Made by a program: the position numbers and the translations under genes. This document shows, piece after piece, positions 52,760-64,000 of a stretch of DNA of 64,000 bases. Every line of letters begins with the position of its first letter. Position 1 is the stretch's first letter. The stretch lies in assembly GCA_964016885.1 (NCBI GenBank), contig OZ024740.1:361708001-361772000 (forward strand), read 5' to 3'. Source of the stretch: Eledone cirrhosa (taxonomy: Eukaryota). The notes beneath the pieces were generated by a model that saw only the letters and a program-made list of their open reading frames with translations, had not been told where the DNA came from and ran no database searches.

Positions 52760-55700
52760 AAACTGAAAACAACAACAACGACAACAACGACAACAACAAC
52801 AACACTAAAGACAACAAAAACAACAACAACACCAACAACAATGATAACAACAACACCACCAACAACAACAGCAACACGAACAAGGAAAAGGTCTCCTTCG
52901 CCCAGACTGCAAGGAAAACCCTCGACTATCTGCCTTAGATATAAGCAAAGCTAAGGAGCTACTGGCAGATGCCAAAAAATACGTAGTGTACGGGGAAAAT
53001 GGATCATTTTCGACCCCCACCCCCACCCCCCGGAACTAAAAAGCCAGAGATTCCTAAACACTGTCATGTTTAGGACAGTGTTAAACAAAACCAAAAAACC
53101 ATCACAGAGTGAGATAGAGCTGGTTTTAAAAGATGTCATGAAAGACATATTCATTCAGAAGGATAGACTCTCATGAATAAAAATTCACACCACCCTTCCG
53201 ATTATGGACATATGGTGAGTATTGACAGGTTTCCTGGACCTAGACAATGACACATTAATATCCATGGGAAAGGCATTGGGTGACGCGTTCAGTGGAACGG
53301 GCCTCGAACTTGTAGTTCAAATGAGGCCCGAAAGGATCGCCCAGATCCCTGAACGCGTCATACTGGATGATCAAACTTTTATTAACATTACCGTTGAGGG
53401 TAGGCGGCCCTCATGTTACCTCTATGGAGCCAGAGGTCACCTGAAGGCTGTCTGTCCTCAACTTAAAAAGAAAACCCCAATCCCGCCTACACCACCAACA
53501 ACTGCACAACCAACACAATCACCACAACCACCACTACAAAACAACAACCACAGCTCAAACCAAAACAAAACACTGTCCAACCCATCCCCCCCACTCAAGA
53601 AAAAACAATTTCCAAAACACCCGCACCGCAAACACAACCCGAAAATCTACCCCTCCCCTCCAACACGGAAGATGACCCTCGTTCGTCGTCAGACGAGGAG
53701 GAGCACTTCCACACAATCAAAAGAAAAAAAAGAAAACACACCTCAGACACACAAATGAAAACAACCCCTCCCCAAAACATAACACAGACACCAACACAAA
53801 AGAACACACAACAGCAAACAAAAAACACCACACAAAAACAAAAACATGCATACACATACATAAACACAAGAAATAAAAAAAAACTGCTAAACATTGTATA
53901 CAACAACAATTTAGTGAAAACCCAAGGGCCTAACTTCACCCAGGCAGGGGATTTCCACCACCTCGAAATGATTAAGGCCCCAGAGGACAAATACAAAACG
54001 CTAAAAAACTACTTTAAAGAGGACGTGCCCCCCCCCCTCCTCTGCGTCGGGCACATTAACCGCGTCCTCCTAAAAAATTTCGCCACCCCCTCCCCAAACA
54101 CCCACACAACTCAAAACACCCCAACCACACAACACACTGATGCCTCTACACTTTCACAAACCACCACCCTACCCAACAACCCATCCCCCACCCTCATGGA
54201 AATTGTGCAGCCCAATACCCGGGACGCAGAGAGGTAAGTGCCTTTTCTCTTCATCACCAACATGGCTATGCTAAGATTAGGCTGTCTAAATGCGCGTGGC
54301 ATGGGCTCAACTTGGAAGCAAGCAATGCTTCTAAATGACCTCAGGTCACAACGTATAGATGTGATGGTTATTTGCGAGGCCCGGATCAGCAACGTGCGAC
54401 AGCTGGCCCCCACCTTTGATGACTTTGAGATGCACGCATCTCTCTGTCAGCCCGGAGGTGAGGGTGGGGGTTGTCGTTCTGCTTCAAAAACATCTGGGTC
54501 TCGCAACACAGACGGTACATTTGGACCCGGAGGGTCGACTAGTGGTTCTGGACCTTGGCAGTGGTGAAGGCGGAGCGTTTAGGCTGGTAGCCGTCTACGG
54601 CCCTTTCGGGTCAACGCGGCCGGACTTCTTCCATCGTCTGGAGACTTTTCTAGGGACGTCCCGCTCCTTGCCATTAGTGGGGGATTGGAATGGTATCTTA
54701 GATGCACGTTTGGACTACGTAGGGGCTTGTCCCGATAGAGAGGGGTGTAACAGCCTCAAAGGGTTAATCGGCCGATTTGACCTGGCCGATAGATATCGAC
54801 TAGATTTTCCGACTGCGCCAACCTGGACTTGGGCAAATCGTAGCGGCTCATCTAGGTCGTACCTAGATAGGTTCTTAGTTAGAAATAAGAATAAGGACTT
54901 TTCAAGTTGTCCAAAAATGCTCATGGTTGGCTATTCAGACCACAAGTTAGTGACCTGCATGGTCAACCTTGACAGAACGCATAGACAGGGACCCGGTTAC
55001 TGGAAGCTCAACTTGTCCTTACCGGCAAGTAAAGCTTACAGGGACCGTATTAGCACCTTAGTTAAGGAGCGGTTGACGGGCGCCATCGTCAACAGCAGGT
55101 GGTGGGGATCTCTCAAAAGAGAGATTAGAGTAGTCTCTATAGAATTTAGTAAGGAGTTAGCCTCAAATAGAAATAGGAAGGAAAGGGAGTTGGTAGATAG
55201 TGTAGAAGAGGCAATTAGAAGCGGCGGCGTGGCCAGAGTGCTAGCGTCGAGAACGGCCCTGGGCTAGTTCTTCGACGCGAAACACGAAGGCTGCATCGTC
55301 CGAAGCAAAATACGTGCTCTGGGAAACGAGGGGACCAAAGCTGTTAGCTGGGCCCGCGTGACAGAGGCCAAATGAGGGAGTAGATCCACTATCCGGTCTT
55401 TGTGAGACCAGGATGGACGGGTGATCGTTGAACCTAAGCAGATGTGCGAGGCTTTTCAAAAGCACTTTGCCAGATTGTTCGGAAGGGGCGGGGAGCCGGT
55501 TGGGGAAGTCGACTTCGGTCCATACCTCGACGGCCTGCCGCGTCTCTCGGACAAGGAGGCGGAGTCCTGCGAGGAGCCGATTTCAGCCGCTGAGATAGAG
55601 GACGTGCTGAGCCAATGCAGCAAACGCAAATCCCCGGGTCTCGATGGTCTTCTATACGAAATATATCTAGCTATGCCGGACTTGTTCCCCGATTTCCTCG

Positions 55701-57636
55701 AGGCGGTCTACTGCAACTGGCAACAGAACGGGAGAATTCCCTGCGCTGTGACCAAGGGCGTAGTCACGCTAGTGAGGAAGGACGAGAACAAGGGGGACGA
55801 TATAAATAATTTCAGGCCCATAACTCTGCTAAATACAGAGTTACAGATTTTGGCCAAGGTGCTAGCAAAGAAGTTGGCGCTTGTCGTGGGCAACCTGGTG
55901 GTGCCCTCTCTCCTCCCTTCTGTATGTAATGACTCTAGAGCCACTGCTGCGGAAGTTGGAGTTGTTGCAGGGCATCCCGTTGGAACCAGGATTGCGGAAA
56001 GCGGTATCGGCCTACGCCGATGACGTAATGGTATCGACAGCCTCGGAAATCGGGGCGATCGGCACCTTACTGGAGGAGTACGATAGGTTTACAGGGGCTA
56101 AGCTCAACCGGAACAAGTCGATCAGTCTGCAACTCGGCACGTGGAGGGGAAAATCGATGCCCTCCGATGGCGTGGTCGGGCGCTGGACTGAGGCCCGGTG
56201 AAGGTGCTCGGGGTCTGGTTCGGACGAGACCTCCAGGTGGAGAAGAACTGGGGTGAGGTAACGAACAGGGTTTGCACTGACTCAGAAGTGGGCCGAGTGC
56301 AAACTGTCCCTGAAAGGTCGGGCGGAGGTGGCGAACACTTATATAGCGTCCGTCATCTACTACCGCCTGACCGTCGTGCCTTGACCAAGAGAAACGCTCG
56401 GCAAAATGGAGCGCGCACTCTTCCAATTCCTTTGGAAGAAACGGGCTCCTATGGTGAGGAGATCCATCTGCTGTCAACACCCTTCGAAAGGAGGGCTGGG
56501 GATGCCGTGGCTGATGATGCGTAAACACGCATTAAGGCTACGGCACCTCCAGGTATTCCTCACCGGTCAACCGGTGTGGGCCCCGTTTGTGAGGCGAGCC
56601 TTTGCCAGACTCGTCTCGCTCACCGAGCTGCAATCCTGGGTCAAGCAAAGACCGAGAAAACTGGGCACCTGGAACACTGAGTATGCCCAGGCGCTCACGG
56701 CCCTCTGGCTGGAGGACCCGGCTGTCAGTGGAGAATCCACCTCGTCATTCTATAGAGGGCTGGTGCGACGACGCCCTCGGAGAAGGCATGGAGGAAAACG
56801 AACTGGCCAACCTGTTCGGTAGGACATTCAGCCCGGGACCTATGGATAACTTCCAGAGGGCCCTGGCTTGGCAGTGCTACCGAGGGGCTCTGCCCGTTCG
56901 AGAAAGGCTCTACAGACACGGGCGCCCGAGTAGGGACCCCTCGAAAAAGATCTGTCCCAGATGCGGGTGCGACGAGGAAACCATTGCACACGCATTGGTA
57001 CACTGCTCGGGCATTTCCGATCTGTGGGACTATGTCGAACGACTGCTGTCACGGGTGGGACCGATCCGGTTGACCACCGAGTCTATTGTAACGATCAAGC
57101 CGCCTCCCCTCCTCAAAAACGAAGGAGAGGCGGTGTTTCTGTGCGTAATAGCCATGGCGAAAGAGGTTGTATGGTGGACGCGTCTGAAAGGGCTGAGGTC
57201 AGACACCTTTCTCTCTGGCCAACAACTGGTCCGTTTCTTCCGATATCATTTCGGAAGAAGGATCAGGATGGAGAGAGAGGTCCTGCACCCCAGCCGTTTT
57301 TATGAAAGATGGGTGAAAGTGGCGAGAATGGCCCGTGTGAATGGGCCTTCACTCTACATCAGACTGTAGGTGAGAAAGATGAAAGATCAAGGGAGCACCT
57401 TCTCTTTGTGCTCCTGGGGAGAAGGGTTGCACACTTTTTCGGGTGTGTGTGCGACCCCCAAGGCTCCTCCTCCCTATTGAGGATTTTGTTATTCAATTTA
57501 TTTTTATTATATTTTATATCTTATATTTTTATATTTTGTTATTGCCTCCTCCTTATTGAGGACGCCTTTTTATGTAAACTCCCCTCATTGTTCTTGTCCC
57601 ACTCTTTGACGCCCTGGTGGCAAATAAAAAGAAAGT
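52760..57636 (+). mobile_element. Decayed Tx1/L1-clade LINE ending at a (TATC)n tract
   Basis: ORF1 remnant with knuckle-like CYLYGARGHLKAVC; ORF2 from 54262; 3' aataaaaagaaagt. Confidence 0.9.
54262..57369 (+). pseudogene. LINE ORF2 (APE endonuclease, RT, zinc finger) with frameshifts, stops and an internal RT deletion near 55900
   Basis: LNARG, GDWN, SYLDRF, SDH, KSPGLDG, RPITLLN, YADD (56013-56024), GGLG, CPRC..ETIAHALVHC. Confidence 0.9.
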
Positions 57637-57640
57637 TATA

Positions 57641-57674
<34 letters not shown>

Positions 57675-57686
57675 ACTATCTATCTC

Positions 57687-57773
<87 letters not shown>

Positions 57774-58269
57774 GTCTGTTAGCAGCTTCAAACCCAGTCG
57801 CTGAGCCCCCGCAGTGTTGGTGAGAGATAGATAGATAGAGAGAGAGAGATTAATCTAGCGTGTACCCTCAATATTCAGCCTTTGTGAAAATATATATGAT
57901 TCCGAAATATATTTTTACTTCTGGTGCTGAATCACTTTGAAAAAATATTTTCGATCTAAGGGGGGTAATCCCGGGTGTGAAAAAAATATTTTTCTTCGAA
58001 TGTATTCGCTTTTTGTCTGACGTAGCGCTTCGGCACCAAACAAATTCTCCCTCGCCATTCCGTGGAATCTCTCAGCTCCCTAGCGAGTAGCGGTGTTGTA
58101 GTAGACATTCGGTAAGTGCGGGAGAGGGCGTTTGTGGTGTGCCGTGGGTATTTGGCTGCGTGGAAGCCAGAAACAAAGAACGGATTTTGTACAGTGAAGG
58201 CAAGGTTTCCCTAACGAGTTTTTCAATCATAGCTAACATATCAGTGTTGCAGGGATCATTTTCCTCATT

Positions 58270-58800
<531 letters not shown>

Positions 58801-58951
58801 CATATAAAATAATACAACTGGCTATTCGCAAAATACATATAGTTAGCACCCCAAACGTAAAATTTGGATTATACTAAGGTATATCCTAATGTTTGTTGAG
58901 TGAGATGGAAGCCGGTCAGAGTATTGCTTAAAGCTTTCTCTGTTAATGTAT

Positions 58952-59038
<87 letters not shown>

Positions 59039-59627
59039 CACGGATGTATATCTGAAGTATCTTTTTTCTTTTTTTTTCTTTAATCCGATAGAATAAGAGT
59101 TTTTTTTTAAAAAGGGGGTTCTCATAAATGAGAATATTCTCATTACATAAAAATAAAGAGACTTTTTCAACTTCCAATTTTTCAACTTTTAATTTTTGAC
59201 TTTTTAAATTTAATATTTGATAAGATGAATTTACTCATTGAAACCTGTAATATTTTATAAAACCCCCTTTAAAATAAAACAAAAAAACTCTCACTCTGTC
59301 GGATTAAATAAAAAAAAAGAGAAAATAATTGTTTTTACTATTGGCACATGGCCAGCAATTACCCAGTACATTACTGGTACTCTATTTTATCGACCCCGTA
59401 AGGATGAAAGGCAAAGTTAACCTCGGCGGGATTTGAACTCAGAATGGCAGGGGCGTAATTCTATGCGTCAAAGCATGGCGTCCGACCCTCTACCGATACT
59501 GCCAATTCACCCACCAAATTCACCCCCCAAAAAGGATAAAATAATGCATTAAATATACTTCCGTGTTGTTTCCATTTTTACGTTTTACATATACCCTTTG
59601 ATTTGTAAGGAATTTTATCCTCCTTTT

Positions 59628-59674
<47 letters not shown>

Positions 59675-59727
59675 GTAAGTATGTATGTATACGTACATAC
59701 ATATATGTATACAGACGTACAGTAGCA

Positions 59728-59811
<84 letters not shown>

Positions 59812-59981
59812 TATACACATATGCATACAGGTACACATACATATATGCACGCATCAGTTTAGCCGACGTTTATTATAACGCCTGCTTTGTTCGTTTGTTT
59901 GTCAACAAATCGAATAGCCTGAATTTATGCCATACGGTGTTAAGGCAACCACGTCACCTTTTTGTTCAACACTGACACAGG

Positions 59982-60026
59982 AACGATGTACTAGTTTCAA
60001 GCTTGTTAGCTATCATCAGCACCGTT
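59982..60026 (-). ncRNA. Intact type I hammerhead ribozyme motif
   Basis: Minus strand: aacggtg CTGATGA t agct-aaca-agct t GAAA ctag TA catcgtt. Confidence 0.88.
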
Positions 60027-60260
60027 TACCCATCTGCCAGATAGTTGAACGTTCGAAAGTATATACTTTCCTTATGAAAATTAACGGCTGAGCAGCCTAA
60101 TTTGCATATTGAGTGAGTTAAATCGGTCAGGCATACCGAAAACGATAAGTTTAAAAAAATGAAAACGAAATTTCATTTCTCACTCTTAGTATGGCACTTA
60201 CTTAAATGTAAGTATGTATGTATACGTACATACATATATGTATACAGACGTACAGTAGCA

Positions 60261-60328
<68 letters not shown>

Positions 60329-60498
60329 TATACACATATGCATACAGGTACACATACGTATATGCACGCATCAGTTTAGCCGACGTTTATTATAACGCCT
60401 GCTTTGTTCGTTTGTTTGTCAACAAATCGAACAGCCTGAATTTATGCCATACGGTGTTAAGGCAACCACGTCACCTTTTTGTTCAACACTGACACAGG

Positions 60499-60543
60499 AA
60501 CGATGTACTAGTTTCAAGCTTGTTAGCTATCATCAGCACCGTT
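60499..60543 (-). ncRNA. Intact type I hammerhead ribozyme motif
   Basis: Same motif, unit 2. Confidence 0.88.
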
Positions 60544-60777
60544 TACCCATCTGCCAGATAGTTGAACGTTCGAAAGTATATACTTTCCTTATGAAAATTA
60601 ACGGCTGAGCAGCCTAATTTGCATATTGAGTGAGTTAAATCGGTCAGGCATACCGAAAACGATAAGTTTAAAAAAATGAAAACGAAATTTCATTTCTCAC
60701 TCTTAGTATGGCACTTACTTAAATGTAAGTATGTATGTATACGTACATACATATATGTATACAGACGTACAGTAGCA

Positions 60778-60821
<44 letters not shown>

Positions 60822-60991
60822 TATACACATATGTATACAGGTACACATACATATATGCACGCATCAGTTTAGCCGACGTTTATTATAACGCCTGCTTTGT
60901 TCGTTTGTTTGTCAACAAATCGAACAGCCTGAATTTATGCCATACGGTGTTAAGGCAACCACGTCACCTTTTTGTTCAACACTGACACAGG

Positions 60992-61036
60992 AACGATGTA
61001 CTAGTTTCAAGCTTGTTAGCTATCATCAGCACCGTT
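60992..61036 (-). ncRNA. Intact type I hammerhead ribozyme motif
   Basis: Same motif, unit 3. Confidence 0.88.
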
Positions 61037-61172
61037 TACCCATCTGCCAGATAGTTGAACGTTCGAAAGTATATACTTTCCTTATGAAAATTAACGGCTG
61101 AGCAGCCTAATTTGCATATTGAGTGAGTTAAATCGGTCAGGCATACCGAAAACGATAAGTTGAAAAAAAATG

Positions 61173-61203
<31 letters not shown>

Positions 61204-61237
61204 TGCATCTATATATATATATATATAGATGCATCTA

Positions 61238-61294
<57 letters not shown>

Positions 61295-61296
61295 CG

Positions 61297-61621
61297 ATGC
61301 TAGCAAATATATAGGTTTTGTCTTAATAACATTGTGGTTCAATGCATGGGGTTGCAGAACAATAATATAAGAGACGTAAAATAAGAAAATTATAAAATTA
61401 ACTTACTTACTAAAATATCACTTCCAATATATATATATATACTCTGGAATGGAGTAAATACATCTTCCGAAGAAGGTGTAGAGAATAGACTTTCCTGATG
61501 ACGGGATGATTCTCAACACCTTCTTCGGAAGATGTATTTACTCCATTCCAGAAACTAATTAGTTGGAAGTGATATTTTAGTAAGTAAGTTAATTTTATAA
61601 TTTTCTTATTTTACGTCTCTT
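61297..61621. mobile_element. HHR element family A copy 3 (diverged subfamily), fold-back; HHR at 61490-61569 on plus
   Basis: ctttc CTGATGA c gggatg...cattcc a GAAA ctaattag TT ggaag; tail homologous to 32228-32445. Confidence 0.82.
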
Positions 61622-61643
61622 ATATATATATATATATATATAT

Positions 61644-61698
<55 letters not shown>

Positions 61699-61722
61699 AA
61701 GCAGTCAGACACCCACACATAA

Positions 61723-61854
<132 letters not shown>

Positions 61855-63056
61855 GCGAGTATGTATGGTCTTTTTGTGATTATCATCTTTAACATAACCG
61901 GTAAACAAATAGACACCAAACCATTGCTATCCACAAAATTAAGCAAATGTCATCCATAAATAGACGCTCTACGTTATCCAACTGGTTTCTAATCAAATAG
62001 TCATAGTATAATCTCTCCTCCCAAATATATATATCATTGCAAAGAGAATATACTGAAGGCCAACTTCCAATTAGTTACAATTTTGAGATGAGGTTCATCA
62101 AAGACAGTTTTTGGTATTCAAAATGTAAAATATAATTTATTTAATGATCCTTGTACTAGTACAGTACTGGAGTAGATTCTAAACTGTATTTACCAATGGC
62201 CGAGCCCCTAGGCATTCAAATATTTAGGACCCCCTTTTACTACTTCAATCATTGGCGCCTCAACAAATAAAATATTGACGGTGTTTTTAGTCACTTTGAA
62301 TCTCCTAGGCTTCACCCCAGTCAACCTTATGAATAATACGACGAGTAAATTTCCTCCTCTTTCTCTCTTTCTTCCTCTCTCTCCCTTTCTATCTTTTTAT
62401 CTCCCTCTCTCTGAATTGTATTTGTTATTCAAACGTTAGTGTGTTACGCTGATACGGTTTGAGAATTGTATTAAAGATACACATACCTATGGAATACTCA
62501 GCCGCTTATACGTTTATATATGCGAGTAGGAATTCAGTTGGTTGAACAACTGAATGTTCATCGCCGTGGCAGACGGAGAATCCGCCATATGTTTCTTATC
62601 CTCTCTCTTTCTCACTGTATGTGTGTGTGTGTGCTTGTGTGTACGAGTGTGCGTGCGTGTATGTAGCATAAAGGAAACAAACAAAAGATAGCTTTAGATA
62701 TATTTTATAGTACACGTTACTACCTTAATGGTCAAAGTAAACATTAAACTCTACTAAACGCTTATGTTTAAGCTAACTTTCTAAACACACATACGCACGC
62801 ATACACACACACACATATGCACGCACATATGCACGCACACACTCACATATGTGGTTTCTCGTCAACATTGTTGCTTTCTGATACAGGCACAAAGCCAGAC
62901 AATCTTATAGAGCGCTGTGGAAAGTAATGTAAATGAAAAAATCACTTAACTCCTGATGTGGTCGTAGGGTTACCGTCCTGACACAGAGTGTATCTTAGGC
63001 ATTTTAAATTTGGCGGAATTCATCCATTTCCAGGTCTAAATACATCCGGTTTCTTT

Positions 63057-63113
<57 letters not shown>

Positions 63114-63140
63114 TGGAAGAGAGAGATGAGAAAGAGAGAG

Positions 63141-63186
<46 letters not shown>

Positions 63187-63197
63187 GAAAGAGAGAG

Positions 63198-63242
<45 letters not shown>

Positions 63243-64000
63243 AAGAGAGGGATAAGAAACATAGATAGAGGATAGATTAACCCTAGTACATGATTGGTAT
63301 TTTATTTATTGACCTTGAGAGGATGAAAGACAAGTTGATCACAGCACAGGTTTTGAGTTCAGAACGTAGAAAGGTGGAACAAAAACAGAGGCATATTTAC
63401 TCCGGCACTCTAATAACTCTGCCAATATGTCGCCTTTAGTGTGGTATGTACTTGCATACCATGTATGTTTAGAAATACGAAATTTCTATACATATCTGCG
63501 TACAGCTATGTCTGAAGCTAAATCCTAATTCTCTCTCTCTCTCTATAGTGAAACATTTAGAATGTTACAAAGTTTGTCATCTCCGAACAACAATTATTTG
63601 AACTCAAAAAGCGAATTTTTTATGGGATGCCTCCATCTAAAAATCTGGAAATATTAAAACAATTCGACTGATTTTCAACCACTTTAATTTGATTTATATC
63701 TTTTATTTCTCTTTCTCTTTCCACACTTACTTAATACAATACACTTTCTATCATACTCTTCTATACCTTAATAAATATTACAATCTCTATTTTACATTCC
63801 ATAACACCATACTGTACTTCTGCTCTAGCCCACGAATACTAACAAGTGTATGATCTCGCTTTTCAAATTTACATCTTGGAGTTATTTCCTTTTGTTATGA
63901 TACATTTTTCGTAAACTAGTGTTTTAGCACGTATTACTTTAACAGTATCTTATAAAGTCGTAGAAGTGCCTAGATATTAGGTCTCTTACATTTTGGAGAT

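Larger units (their letters stand above)
59671..61165 (-). mobile_element. Retrozyme-like tandem array, about 3 units of about 500 bp (starts 59671, 60204, 60721), each with internal (TA)n and one HHR
   Basis: Units nearly identical apart from (TA)n length; (TA)n flanks. Confidence 0.9.

Overview
This is repeat-dominated, AT-rich animal genomic DNA with no host gene I can support. The SINE types and extreme microsatellite density resemble an octopus-type cephalopod genome (inference). Most ORF-track entries are microsatellite read-through. Recognisable elements: a decayed Tx1/L1-clade LINE (52760-57636), a 5'-truncated RTE LINE with a PHD-like finger (45948-47254), CRE-like endonuclease fragments, Penelope-like (PLE) GIY-YIG remnants, Tc1/mariner remnants and MITEs, many tRNA-derived SINEs, a 3.5 kb 24-bp minisatellite and a 200-N gap. 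The main hidden signal is about 24 type I hammerhead ribozyme (HHR) motifs, read by eye (stem I-CUGANGA-stem II-GAAA-short, often palindromic stem III-UH-stem I). They belong to ten or more unrelated non-coding families and almost all sit in (TA)n tracts. Two form young tandem arrays with one HHR per monomer: 593 bp at 25249-27055, with a compensatory U3-A8 core, and about 500 bp at 59671-61165. Many others are fold-back insertions. HHR-bearing PLE repeats and retrozymes are known classes, so any novelty is in these families, their core variants and the insertion footprint. Ribozyme activity and expression are untested.
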